Sequence record: SRR20825019_1881
Direction: 5' to 3' (one strand)
DNA length: 42,764 bases
This document shows, in pieces, positions 29,524 through 39,590 of this stretch (position 1 is its first letter; each line of letters opens with the position of its first letter). The notes under the pieces are model-generated. The model did no database searches, was not told where the DNA came from, and saw only the letters and a list, made by a program, of their open reading frames with translations. The position numbers were made by a program, and so were the translations under genes.

Positions 29524-30729
29524 ATGAGCTTCATCGGCAACCAACGCGAAACCTACCTCCGATTAGTCGAGGCAATCCGCCCCCATTGGCGAAACGATAA
29601 CCGCCTGCCCGAACGGATCCAGAAACTACTCGCCCGCGACAAACGATTCGGCTCACGCGATCGTCGGCTGTATCGCGAGCTGCTTTACACCACATTGCGA
29701 TTTTTACCTTGGGTCGATTCTCTCCTAAAAAACGCTCCTCCCAAAGGTGCCGCAACGGTCGCCTGGCTCGCGGCAGATTCCAAGGCTACCCATCAATATC
29801 GCGCAGAACTGACGGCTGGTTGGCCGACGCTTCCCGCATCCTTGGACGAAATTGCCGCCTATCTGGAAACCCGCGCTGAAACGCTGCTCCCGAATTGGAT
29901 GCGCGAAGAATGCCCCGCCATTTTCGAACCATCAGAGTTCAACCAACTCCATCAACGCGCCTCCCTCTGGCTTCGATTCCAGACTGATACACCGACTCGA
30001 ATCACCAATGAATGGGACGAACGCGGTTGGTCTTGGAAACAATCCAATATTCTCCCCGACGCCTATGAAATCACGGCCGATGTGGATGTCACCAAAACCA
30101 AAGCTTACCGAGAAGGACTTTTTGAAATTCAAGATCTTGGTTCGCAGATGATTCTTTCCAGCATCGACGTCGAACGCGGGCAACACTGGCTTGATGCCTG
30201 TGCCGGAGCCGGCGGGAAAACCCTGCAATTGGCACGACTCCTCGGTCCGGACGGACATGTCACCGCCCATGATGTTCGGTCCCAAGCACTCGACGAGCTG
30301 TTGACGCGTGCCCAGCGAGCCAAACTATCGAATGTCACGACGGATGCCACGCCTCGTAACAACGAAGAATACGATGGCATTTTAATCGATGCACCCTGCA
30401 CCGGCACCGGCACTTGGCGACGCGCCCCACATCTCAAGAATATCACCACCCGGGAAAACGTCTCACAACACGCCCTCCTCCAAGCTCAACTCCTCGACGA
30501 TTACGCCTCGGTGCTCCGATCCGGAGGTCGGCTCGTTTACGCGACCTGTTCGCTCGCCCGGAGGGAAAACGAAAGTGTCATCACGGGATTTCTCGAATCG
30601 CATCCCGATTTCTCGATTCGCGAAGAGGACCGTAATTTCGGGTTCACTCCCTCGCCTTACGGTCTACCCATTCTCCCGGCCCGTCACAATACTGACGGAT
30701 TTTTCGTCGCCCACCTCACCCGACGGTAA
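29524..30729 (+). CDS. RsmB/NOP2-family RNA m5C methyltransferase
   Basis: EIQDLGSQ, DACAGAGGKT, DAPCTGTG, YATCS, TDGFF. Confidence 0.92.
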   Translation: MSFIGNQRETYLRLVEAIRPHWRNDNRLPERIQKLLARDKRFGSRDRRLYRELLYTTLRFLPWVDSLLKNAPPKGAATVAWLAADSKATHQYRAELTAGWPTLPASLDEIAAYLETRAETLLPNWMREECPAIFEPSEFNQLHQRASLWLRFQTDTPTRITNEWDERGWSWKQSNILPDAYEITADVDVTKTKAYREGLFEIQDLGSQMILSSIDVERGQHWLDACAGAGGKTLQLARLLGPDGHVTAHDVRSQALDELLTRAQRAKLSNVTTDATPRNNEEYDGILIDAPCTGTGTWRRAPHLKNITTRENVSQHALLQAQLLDDYASVLRSGGRLVYATCSLARRENESVITGFLESHPDFSIREEDRNFGFTPSPYGLPILPARHNTDGFFVAHLTRR

Positions 30730-30770
30730 ATTTTCATTGCCCGAATCCTCAGCTCAGCAAGCATCCCCAA

Positions 30771-31550
30771 GTGGTTCCCGACGCCGACTATCGAATCAAA
30801 CTCCAGGTCTTTGAAGGGCCTCTTGATCTGCTCCTTTTCCTGATCCGGAAAAACGAGCTCGATATCTATGATATCCCCATCGAATCGGTGACGCGGCAAT
30901 ACATCGAGGCCCTCCACGCGATGAAGGATCTCGATCTCGAAGTTGCCGGAGAGTTTTTCGTCATGGCGGCCACCTTGATGGAAATCAAGAGTCGGATGCT
31001 TCTGCCCAAAGGACAGCACGCCATCGACCCGAATGCCGAAGATGAGGATATGGATCCTCGCTGGGAACTCGTGCACCAGCTCCTGCAATACAAGAAATTC
31101 AAGGAAGCCTCCCTCAAACTGGACGAACTCATCACCACCCGTCACGACCTGATGGAACGCTATGTTTCCTCCATGAATGCCGATGCCAGCGAACGCGAGC
31201 TCCTGCCTGTCGATCGCATCGATCTGTGGAATTCCTTCAATCTCGTGCTCCGTCGGCTCGCGGAAAAACTCGTCGTGGGCGAAATTCGGGACGAACAGGT
31301 CACGGTGGCCGATCAAATGGAGTATCTGCTGGATTACATGCGCACGAAGAAATCGTTTAACCTCACGGATATTTTTCCAGGCAAGGTGACCTTGCGTTTT
31401 CTCGTTTCGACATTTTTGGCCGTCTTGGAACTGACTCGCCTGAAACGATTGCGCATCCGCCAAGACGAAGCATTCGACGATATTTTTTGCGATGCCGTAG
31501 ATGAAATCCCGCTTGAAACAGCAGAAAACCCGAACACCGTTACCGCGTGA
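30771..31550 (+). CDS. scpA: Segregation and condensation protein A (kleisin)
   Basis: FEGPLDLLLFLI, EFFVMAATLMEIKSRMLLP, TFLAVLEL. Confidence 0.95.
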   Translation: MVPDADYRIKLQVFEGPLDLLLFLIRKNELDIYDIPIESVTRQYIEALHAMKDLDLEVAGEFFVMAATLMEIKSRMLLPKGQHAIDPNAEDEDMDPRWELVHQLLQYKKFKEASLKLDELITTRHDLMERYVSSMNADASERELLPVDRIDLWNSFNLVLRRLAEKLVVGEIRDEQVTVADQMEYLLDYMRTKKSFNLTDIFPGKVTLRFLVSTFLAVLELTRLKRLRIRQDEAFDDIFCDAVDEIPLETAENPNTVTA

Positions 31551-31798
31551 CCAATAATCGCAATCAACCAGAACCCAAGGCCGGCCTCCTCGGTATTGGC
31601 CTCGACAATAAGGACGGCCATAAACGCGTCACCACGGGTGAACAGTTCGCCATCGTCGGAGGTTCCGAGGAAACCCACGGCCGCATGACCGAGACGGTTG
31701 TGAAAACGTTCGAGACCCTCAAGGAACGTGGAAAGCATCTTCACCAAGTTGAAAAGAAGGAGCTTCACGACATTATCAAGGAGTCTACTCCCGAGTAA
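31547..31798 (+). CDS. Small hypothetical protein translationally coupled to scpA
   Basis: 83 aa, GTGA overlap with the scpA stop; GLDNKDGHKRVT..GGSEETH. Confidence 0.75.
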   Translation: MTNNRNQPEPKAGLLGIGLDNKDGHKRVTTGEQFAIVGGSEETHGRMTETVVKTFETLKERGKHLHQVEKKELHDIIKESTPE

Positions 31799-31873
31799 TC
31801 GTGTCATCGCAGATGTCCCCATTTGCAATTCAGCCGATTCTCGTTCACTTCACTTTCAAATATACAAATAATC

Positions 31874-32197
31874 ATGTCCGAAAATATCACGAACCTCACC
31901 ACCGATACATTTAAAGACGCCGTCGCAGGCGATACGCCCGTCCTCGTGGACTTCTGGGCTCCTTGGTGCGGTCCCTGCAAAGCCATCGCCCCGATCCTCG
32001 ACGAACTTTCCGGCGAACTCGGTGACAAGATCAAGATCTGCAAAGTAAACGTCGATGAGAACGATGCCATTTCCGCTGAGTATGGCATTCGCGCTATCCC
32101 TACCATGCTCGTGTTCAAGGGTGGTCAGGTCGCCGAACAAATCGTCGGCATGCTCCCGAAGGACGCCCTCAAAGCGAAGCTCGAATCGCACCTCTAA
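31874..32197 (+). CDS. trxA: Thioredoxin
   Basis: VDFWAPWCGPCK, IRAIPT; start at MSENI. Confidence 0.97.
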   Translation: MSENITNLTTDTFKDAVAGDTPVLVDFWAPWCGPCKAIAPILDELSGELGDKIKICKVNVDENDAISAEYGIRAIPTMLVFKGGQVAEQIVGMLPKDALKAKLESHL

Positions 32198-33090
32198 GCA
32201 CGACTGAGGATCAGTCCTGCGGAAAGCAACAGCGCATAGAGCGCCAGTAACTTTCCGGTATCGCCCAGCAACTCGATGAGTTCGCTGGGCGTTTTGCTAT
32301 CCCGCAGTCGACGACTATGCCGCCACGCTTTCGGGATCAGGAATAAGGGCAACAGGACCCAAAATTCCCTTTCAATGACCGCAAACCAGATTGGTGTGAA
32401 CAACGCGATTAACAGGGAGACATTGAATTGGTAACGGGCGAATCCTCGTCCCCACCTCACCACCAGAGTGCGCTTGCCGGCCACGCGATCCGTGTCCACA
32501 TCGCGATAATTATTCACCACCAGAATATTCGCCGCGAGCAAGCCGACCGGCACCGACCACGTGAGCACTTCACCGCTCACCCAACCCAGCTGCACATAAA
32601 ACGTCGCGCCTACCGCCACCAATCCAAAAAAGATAAAAACGAAGACATCGCCGAGCCCATTATAGCCCAGCGGATAAGGCCCACCCGTGTAAGCGATCGC
32701 ACAAAGGACACTCGCCACTCCGATCACCAATAGCCACGGCCCGCCCCAGGAAATCAGAGTCAACCCAACGACAAATGCCGTCGCCAACACGATAGACATC
32801 GCAGCACGCATCACTTCCGGTTTGATCAGCCCCGCCGCGACCGCTCTGACTGGTCCCACGCGATCAGCCGTATCAGCTCCATTGATCGCATCGTAGTAGT
32901 CATTCGCAAAATTGGTCCCGATTTGAATCAACAGTGCGAACGCGAGACAAAGTCCCGCGGCCAGCCCATCAAACCCTCGCGCCTCCCACGCCAGCGCACT
33001 GCCCACCAACACCGGAGCGACCGCGGCCGGCAAGGTGCGAAGGCGCATCGCGCTGATCCACACCCGGCAGCTCTGCTCCGATTCCTTCAT
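32194..33090 (-). CDS. menA: 1,4-dihydroxy-2-naphthoate prenyltransferase
   Basis: RLRTLPA, NFANDYYD..GAD, YTGGP, NNYRD..D..GKRTL. Confidence 0.95.
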   Translation of the reverse strand: MKESEQSCRVWISAMRLRTLPAAVAPVLVGSALAWEARGFDGLAAGLCLAFALLIQIGTNFANDYYDAINGADTADRVGPVRAVAAGLIKPEVMRAAMSIVLATAFVVGLTLISWGGPWLLVIGVASVLCAIAYTGGPYPLGYNGLGDVFVFIFFGLVAVGATFYVQLGWVSGEVLTWSVPVGLLAANILVVNNYRDVDTDRVAGKRTLVVRWGRGFARYQFNVSLLIALFTPIWFAVIEREFWVLLPLFLIPKAWRHSRRLRDSKTPSELIELLGDTGKLLALYALLLSAGLILSRA

Positions 33091-33094
33091 CAGG

Positions 33095-33769
33095 CTATTT
33101 GAATTTTTTACTGAACAACGCCAATGAGCGTCGCGCCATCAGGCTGATCACGACGGGGAGCCCAAAGAGGATGGCCGCAGCATAAACGTAGTGATTGCTG
33201 ATTCCCTGAAAGACCATCCCGAGAAGACACAGGAAAACCGTATAAACGGAAAGAAAGCCGACCGGTGGAATCGGTAATGCCGAGTTTAGCGTCCAAACCA
33301 GCAAAAAGGCAAAAAGACCGGCCCCAAACCCGCACAGGGCCAACGCCAGGCCTGAAAAATAGAACAGTGGTGCAAAAAAAGTTACCCGTCCCTCAATCCG
33401 CACAAATTGTCTGATCACACCGACCGCGACGATGAAGATCTGAATTTCAAAGATAAACAAATTCTCCTTCACTGACATCAGGGCTTCCGGGTCTCCAAAG
33501 CATGAACTCACCCCCCAATCAGGATTCCCAATCAGAATCAATCCCCCCGTAAGCGCGCGCAGAAAATCCACATAATTGCGCGCTTTCCCAAATTCTTCCG
33601 AAAAATTGACCCGGTTATCTCCCGATTCACGGATTCGAACAAATTCCCGTTTTCGCGATCTGCGGTTTAACCCGATCTTTCGTGCCGCCTTGCGCCCCAC
33701 TCGAAGCCAATGCCGCGGCATCCACAGAAGTATAATTGCCAGAACTAGATAGAAATAATTTATACTCAC
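33095..33769 (-). CDS. Hypothetical integral membrane protein
   Basis: 224 aa, about 6-7 hydrophobic segments, 4 bp upstream of menA. Confidence 0.7.
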   Translation of the reverse strand: MSINYFYLVLAIILLWMPRHWLRVGRKAARKIGLNRRSRKREFVRIRESGDNRVNFSEEFGKARNYVDFLRALTGGLILIGNPDWGVSSCFGDPEALMSVKENLFIFEIQIFIVAVGVIRQFVRIEGRVTFFAPLFYFSGLALALCGFGAGLFAFLLVWTLNSALPIPPVGFLSVYTVFLCLLGMVFQGISNHYVYAAAILFGLPVVISLMARRSLALFSKKFK

Positions 33770-33837
33770 GATATTTGCTCACTCTGGCATGAGAAAATTC
33801 ATGTGATTGTCAAAAGCCAACATGGTGCGCGATCGGT

Positions 33838-34113
33838 CTATCGTATTTCAAAGCCATGAAAAACAGGCTCACGCCGATCCGATTCACGCTCGGTTTTTCG
33901 GATATAGCCATGCATCCGTTCTTCCAGCACACATACAAAATCTGCCAACTCACGGGTCTCTCCCTCGATCTCCAGGAGCACCCGGCCATCAGGCAAGTTT
34001 CGCACATAGCCCGACACTTCAAACTCCCGCGCGACTTGCATCGTTGCATAGCGAAACCCCACTCCCTGAACATGCCCTGTAAAATGGACGGTTTCATGCT
34101 GTATTTGCGCCAT
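33838..34113 (-). CDS. acyP: Acylphosphatase
   Basis: GHVQGVGFR, GYVRNLPDGRV, C-terminal FEIR. Confidence 0.93.
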   Translation of the reverse strand: MAQIQHETVHFTGHVQGVGFRYATMQVAREFEVSGYVRNLPDGRVLLEIEGETRELADFVCVLEERMHGYIRKTERESDRREPVFHGFEIR

Positions 34114-34245
34114 GGTGGGGCCAGCTAACAGTCAGTCAAAACGGACATCAATCCGCAAAAAAACCGTCTTTTCCCCGAGACAACTTCGTCCAGATCGATT
34201 TATTATTTGCACTTTTCGCCACCTCCTACTCAGTTTTCACCATCA

Positions 34246-34938
34246 ATGAGTAATTTCGAATCTGACGGCTCTTCGGAAAACGAATGGAACGATCGAGGAG
34301 AATTGGCATGGAACGAATTCGATTGGGAACGTTACCTGCGCGAGCAAGACGAAACCATCAATCGCTACCTCGCCTTCTACGAATCCTGCATCAGTAATCC
34401 ACAAAGAATTGATGAAGTGGCCCGCTATATGGGCTGGGACGACAGCCAGTGGGATTCCGCGGATTCTCTCGAATCCGATGATGGTTCTGCCGGTGATATC
34501 CTCGCTGAGGACTACGCCTCCGAACCCGAAATTTACACCCTTCACAAGAACCCGATTTTTATCGCCACCAAAGCGATTTATCTGCGGGCACGCCGGAACT
34601 GGGAATTGATGGCGGCCGATCCCCGGAAAGTCCCTCAGGGGCTCGCCCTCGCATATCTCAGTTCATTGAACACCGGCGAAGATCACGCGGTGCAAGCCAT
34701 TCACGCACTCGAATTCGGCGACTATGCGATGGCCATCAGTCTCTTCAAACGCGCCCTCAGCTCGCTTAACCATACTCTCGCCCTGCTCAACAAACCCATC
34801 GAAATCGAAGCCCGTCATATTATGGGCTATCGCGATGACGTCCTGATGAGCATCTTTGATCTTCGTGAAATCTGGTTGCGCGTGATCAGCGAATGCCGTG
34901 GCGAATTACAGCGTCCCGTCGACGAAGACGAAGACTAA
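34246..34938 (+). CDS. Hypothetical acidic, helical protein
   Basis: 230 aa from ATG 34246; acidic Trp-rich N-terminus, helical C-terminal half. Confidence 0.75.
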   Translation: MSNFESDGSSENEWNDRGELAWNEFDWERYLREQDETINRYLAFYESCISNPQRIDEVARYMGWDDSQWDSADSLESDDGSAGDILAEDYASEPEIYTLHKNPIFIATKAIYLRARRNWELMAADPRKVPQGLALAYLSSLNTGEDHAVQAIHALEFGDYAMAISLFKRALSSLNHTLALLNKPIEIEARHIMGYRDDVLMSIFDLREIWLRVISECRGELQRPVDEDED

Positions 34939-35002
34939 ACAGTTTCCCGTCAGAAAACGGCTTGCACTTTGCGTGATGTCCGTTTGCTTCTGACCTCGAT
35001 TT

Positions 35003-35092
<90 letters not shown>

Positions 35093-35119
35093 GTTTCGTT
35101 GTAAAAGCCGCACAAACAC

Positions 35120-35150
35120 AAAAAAACCGCACTTCTCAGTGCGGTTTTTT
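35120..35150. terminator. Bidirectional intrinsic terminator (tRNA-Ser / ahcY)
   Basis: AAAAAA-CCGCACT-TCTC-AGTGCGG-TTTTTT between convergent units. Confidence 0.88.
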
Positions 35151-35188
35151 GTTTAACCAACCTCGGGCTAATCAAGCCCTGACATCGC

Positions 35189-36622
35189 TTAGTAGCGGTA
35201 ATGCTCAGGCTTGTAAGGGCCATCAACCGGCACACCGATATAATCGGCCTGCGCTTGAGTAAGTTTGGTCAATTTGACGCCAATCCGGTCCAGATGCAGA
35301 CGCGCGACTTCCTCATCAAGATGCTTTGGCAGACGGTAAACACCCACTTCATAGGTATCGCGGTTTTTCCAGAGATCGATCTGTGCGAGCGTCTGATTGG
35401 TGAAGCTGTTCGACATCACGAATGATGGATGCCCCGTGGCGCAGCCCAAGTTCACCAGACGACCTTCCGCGAGCATATAGATGCTGTGCCCATCGGCGAA
35501 AGTGAACTTGTCGTATTGAGGCTTAATATTGGTGCGGATGACCCCCTTGGCCTTCAGCAAACGATCCACTTGGATTTCGTTGTCGAAGTGACCGATATTA
35601 CAAATGATCGCCTGATCCTTCATCTTCTCCATGTGTTCGAGCGTGATGAGATCGCGGTTGCCGGTGGTGGTCACGTAGAGGTCCGCCACCCCGAGTGTGC
35701 TTTCGGTTGTGTTCACCTCGAAGCCTTCCATTGCGGCCTGAAGCGCGTTAATCGGATCAATTTCCGTCACGATGACGCGCGAGCCAAAGCTCTTGAGTGA
35801 ATGGGCACATCCCTTGCCGACGTCTCCGTAGCCGCACACAACCGCGACTTTACCAGCCAGCATCACGTCGGTGGCGCGCTTGATTCCATCAGCGAGCGAT
35901 TCACGACAGCCGTAAAGGTTATCAAATTTCGATTTGGTCACCGAATCGTTCACATTGATCGACGGGATCAACAATTTGCCCTGCTCGTGCAATTGATAGA
36001 GACGATGCACACCGGTGGTCGTTTCCTCGGAGACACCCCGCCATTCCTTGGCGATACGACCGAAGATGCCATCGTCTTCGGCGTGGATTCGTTTGAGGAG
36101 ATTTTTGATCACCTGCTCTTCTTCGGTATCACCGGGTGAATTAACCCAATCGGAACCATTTTCCAATTCCACGCCCTTGTGCAGAAGCAGTGTGACATCA
36201 CCGCCATCATCGACGACGAGTTGAGGTCCAAGACCATCGGGTCCGACCAGTGCTTTCCAGGTGCAATCCCAGTATTCCTCGAGAGTTTCGCCCTTCCAGG
36301 CAAAGACGGGCACGCCATCGTCGGCGATGGCCGCGGCCGCGTGATCTTGAGTCGAAAAAATATTACAGGAAGCCCAACGCACGACGGCGCCGAGTTTGAC
36401 GAGCGTTTGGATGAGCACCGCCGTCTGGATCGTCATGTGCAAAGATCCGGTGATGCGCACGCCCTTCAGCGGTTGTTCAGCCCCGAATTTTTCGCCGACC
36501 GAGATCAAACCGGGCATCTCGTGCTCGGCGATAGCGATTTCCTTGTGGCCCCATTCAGCCAGTGAAATATCCTTAACGTGGTAATCCTGATTGGCAGGAG
36601 CGGAAGTGTTGTTTGTTCCCAT
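35189..36622 (-). CDS. ahcY: S-adenosylhomocysteine hydrolase
   Basis: [59 protein letters not shown]. Confidence 0.98.
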   Translation of the reverse strand: MGTNNTSAPANQDYHVKDISLAEWGHKEIAIAEHEMPGLISVGEKFGAEQPLKGVRITGSLHMTIQTAVLIQTLVKLGAVVRWASCNIFSTQDHAAAAIADDGVPVFAWKGETLEEYWDCTWKALVGPDGLGPQLVVDDGGDVTLLLHKGVELENGSDWVNSPGDTEEEQVIKNLLKRIHAEDDGIFGRIAKEWRGVSEETTTGVHRLYQLHEQGKLLIPSINVNDSVTKSKFDNLYGCRESLADGIKRATDVMLAGKVAVVCGYGDVGKGCAHSLKSFGSRVIVTEIDPINALQAAMEGFEVNTTESTLGVADLYVTTTGNRDLITLEHMEKMKDQAIICNIGHFDNEIQVDRLLKAKGVIRTNIKPQYDKFTFADGHSIYMLAEGRLVNLGCATGHPSFVMSNSFTNQTLAQIDLWKNRDTYEVGVYRLPKHLDEEVARLHLDRIGVKLTKLTQAQADYIGVPVDGPYKPEHYRY

Positions 36623-36650
36623 AACGAGTAATCTGATTAAAACTGATAGC

Positions 36651-37868
36651 TTATTTAGTGAGCTTCTTCACGGCTGCCTTCAGAGCGCCGGTCTTGTTGG
36701 TTTGCTCCCACGGTAGACCCTCTTTACCAAAGTGACCGTAGTTGGTCGTTTCCCGGTAAATCGGACGGAGCAATTTCAGCTGCGAAACAATGTCCGCAGG
36801 CTTAAAGCTGAATACCTGCTGAACGGCGTTGGTGATAATTTCATCATCAACCGTGCCCGTGCCGAAGGTTTCAACGCGGACCGAAACGGGTTTCGGATAA
36901 CCAATCGCGTAAGCGAACTGAATCTCCGTATGCGTGGCCAACCCGGCCGCTACGATATTCTTGGCCACCCAGCGCCCCATATAAGCCGCGGAACGATCCA
37001 CCTTGGAAGGATCCTTGCCGGAGAAGGCACCGCCACCATGACGTCCCCAACCACCGTAGGTATCCACAATAATCTTACGACCGGTAAGCCCCGAGTCGCC
37101 CTGAGGGCCACCAATCACAAATTTACCCGTCGGATTGATCAGATACTCGGTCTTCTTATTGAGCATCTTCGCAGGCAGCACCTTCTTGATCATGCTGATC
37201 AAAAATTTCTCGATTTTGGCGTGCGAGGTGCCTTCCGCGTGCTGCGTGGAGATCACCACATTGACGATCTCGACCGGCTGATCGTTTTCATAACGCACGG
37301 ACACCTGGGTCTTCGCATCAGGACGCAGCCAAGGTGCTTTGCCGGACTTGCGAATCTTCGTCAGTTCACGTCCGAGCAAATGAGCCCAAATGATCGGCGT
37401 CGGCATGAGCTCCGTCGTCTCGTTGCACGCATAGCCAAACATAATCCCCTGATCGCCCGCACCCTGCTCTGCGGTCTTCTTCCCCTGGGCCTTCTTGGCG
37501 TCCACACCCTGGGCGATGTCCGCCGACTGGGCCGTCAGGTAATTATTGATGAAAATCTTGTCGGCATGAAACACATCATCGTCGTTGACGTATCCGATTT
37601 CCCGAATCGCCTCACGCACGACTTGATCCACATTAAACGCATCGTCCAAAGGACGAGATTTTCCCGTCTTCTTATCCTGCAACTTGGGAATCGTGATTTC
37701 ACCAGCGAGGATCACGACGTTCGACTTTACCATGGTCTCACAGGCCACCCGGCTCGTCGGGTCCACCTTGAGGCAGGCATCCAGAATGGAATCTGAGATA
37801 AAATCGGAAACTTTGTCGGGATGGCCTTCACCAACCGACTCGGAAGAAAATACAAAGGAATTTGCCAT
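36651..37868 (-). CDS. metK: S-adenosylmethionine synthetase
   Basis: [45 protein letters not shown]; start at MANSF. Confidence 0.98.
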   Translation of the reverse strand: MANSFVFSSESVGEGHPDKVSDFISDSILDACLKVDPTSRVACETMVKSNVVILAGEITIPKLQDKKTGKSRPLDDAFNVDQVVREAIREIGYVNDDDVFHADKIFINNYLTAQSADIAQGVDAKKAQGKKTAEQGAGDQGIMFGYACNETTELMPTPIIWAHLLGRELTKIRKSGKAPWLRPDAKTQVSVRYENDQPVEIVNVVISTQHAEGTSHAKIEKFLISMIKKVLPAKMLNKKTEYLINPTGKFVIGGPQGDSGLTGRKIIVDTYGGWGRHGGGAFSGKDPSKVDRSAAYMGRWVAKNIVAAGLATHTEIQFAYAIGYPKPVSVRVETFGTGTVDDEIITNAVQQVFSFKPADIVSQLKLLRPIYRETTNYGHFGKEGLPWEQTNKTGALKAAVKKLTK

Positions 37869-38121
37869 AAGAACCTCTAGGCCAACCTTCCCTAGCGTTC
37901 TCCGCAAGTAAATATCAACATATGTGCCAACCATGATATAAGTGTGAATCACGGTCGAATCACGCGCCCTTCACAGAAAATCGAGTCAGCAAGCAGGCCG
38001 ATTTCAAGAAACCACTCTGACGATAGTTCAAAAATATCCCCCCAAAAGTGACCTACCATTGACGTCATTAAGCAAAAGACATCCCTTGAACGGGAAACCT
38101 AAACCGTTTAACTTCACTTTC

Positions 38122-38481
38122 ATGCCTGATCTCCCTGTAATCGACCCCGAAGCGATTAAAAGCCTGCGCGAGCTTAGCCCGGACGACGATGAATTCCTCA
38201 TCGAAATAATCGATATTTTTCTGGATGATACGCCTCTGCGGATCGCGGAGTTGGAGAGCTCACTTGCTTCCCAAGACGTCGAGGTATTCGCCCGGGCTGC
38301 TCACAGTATCAAGGGGAGTTCCGCCAATCTCGGCGCCCTCGCCCTCCGAGGAGTTGCCGAGAAACTCGAACATCACACCCGCGACCAAGGACTCGCGGAT
38401 ACGGGCGAAATGATCACCGAAATCAAAACGCGTTTTGCCGAAGCCAAACTCGAGTTGGACAAAATCGCCGGCCGCGGCTGA
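38122..38481 (+). CDS. Stand-alone Hpt phosphotransfer protein
   Basis: AAHSIKGSSANLGA; four-helix bundle size. Confidence 0.92.
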   Translation: MPDLPVIDPEAIKSLRELSPDDDEFLIEIIDIFLDDTPLRIAELESSLASQDVEVFARAAHSIKGSSANLGALALRGVAEKLEHHTRDQGLADTGEMITEIKTRFAEAKLELDKIAGRG

Positions 38482-38670
38482 TTGCCGCTATTCTCATCGA
38501 GAATCGGCCCATTTGGGAAAGGCCGCTCCGTGATGGGTCAGGGCTACTCCCGGGGCAGCCCGCCCAACATACCAAGGAAACTGGGGGAGCACCTCCGAAA
38601 CCAAGGTGACTGGGCACGTCCCTGCGGCCATTTTTATATCGTTACTCGTGGTGGTCGGAGAATCCGCAAT
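38481..38670. ncRNA. Candidate structured ncRNA (6S-like architecture), strand unresolved
   Basis: Nested complementarity across the whole convergent intergenic region (details in findings). Confidence 0.45.
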
Positions 38671-38673
38671 GCT

Positions 38674-39582
38674 TTAGCGGCCTAGAAAATAGCCGCGCTG
38701 TTTATCGGAAACGGGCATGGCGACTTTTTCCATTACTTGGAGTAAGTCTTCCCAAATCGCCCGCTTTGATCGATTCGATTGATTGCGCAATATGTAGCTC
38801 GGATGATAAGTGACCATCAAGGGAGTCCGGGCAAATTCATGCCACTTTCCACGCACTTCGTCCAGAGTCCGGAAGGCATCCAACCCGAGCAAGCCACGTG
38901 CGGCGGTTGCTCCAAGCGCGACGATCACCCGGGGTGCGACGATTTCGATCTGAGCGCGCAAAAATGGTAAGCAGAATGCCATTTCCTCGGGACTCGGCGG
39001 GCGATTTCCAATCTGCTCCGCCCCATCCTGAGTCGGCATTTGCGGACGCCAGTTCATGATATTGCCGATATAAGTTTCTCCACGCTGGAGCCCCATCGCC
39101 CCAATCATTTTCGTGAGCAATTGACCGGCCGGCCCCACGAAAGGCTCGCCCTGCACTTCCTCGTCGGCACCGGGCGCTTCTCCGATGAACATGATTTTTG
39201 CATCAAGATCACCCACCCCCACCACGAGCTTTTTACCAGGACGCACCTGATCACGGCACGTCTCATTTTGCAGCACCAGCTCGCGCAAGGCCGCCCAGCG
39301 CGTTTCCTTTTCCCCTTCCGGTAAAGTCACAATCGGAGGATTGGGTAAAGTCGGTGCAGGGGCTTTCGCTTTCGGCATGGAGGCCGGGGCGGTTCGAGAA
39401 ACCACCTCTGTCGGCATCCGAGGCATGGACTCCCTCGGAAGATCGACCTTCCCCTGGCCGATATGTTTCCCCACGACCGCATGCAATCGCTCCAAACTCT
39501 CTGCTGATATCGAGACATTGGTTACCCCTGAGGCCTTCAGCCGTCGCAATTCCTCGGTAAGAGCTGTGATCGCTGTGCGCAT
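38674..39582 (-). CDS. Uracil-DNA glycosylase, family 4-like
   Basis: [40 protein letters not shown]. Confidence 0.93.
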   Translation of the reverse strand: MRTAITALTEELRRLKASGVTNVSISAESLERLHAVVGKHIGQGKVDLPRESMPRMPTEVVSRTAPASMPKAKAPAPTLPNPPIVTLPEGEKETRWAALRELVLQNETCRDQVRPGKKLVVGVGDLDAKIMFIGEAPGADEEVQGEPFVGPAGQLLTKMIGAMGLQRGETYIGNIMNWRPQMPTQDGAEQIGNRPPSPEEMAFCLPFLRAQIEIVAPRVIVALGATAARGLLGLDAFRTLDEVRGKWHEFARTPLMVTYHPSYILRNQSNRSKRAIWEDLLQVMEKVAMPVSDKQRGYFLGR

Positions 39583-39590
39583 AATTTCAG

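Noticed and set aside
36732-37796. 354-aa plus-strand ORF
   Set aside because: Antisense shadow of the highly conserved metK
38490-38610. SAM-I riboswitch or SRP RNA resemblance (CTCATCGAGA; GGGTCAGG..GCAGCCC)
   Set aside because: The SAM-I core (GCAACC, closing GAT stem) is absent and there is no downstream sense gene. SRP helix 8 needs a GNRA-capped stem, which is missing. Kept only as an unassigned RNA candidate.
38482-38685. 67-aa TTG-start ORF across the structured intergenic region
   Set aside because: Weak start, no motifs, overlaps the UDG end; RNA structure explains the region better
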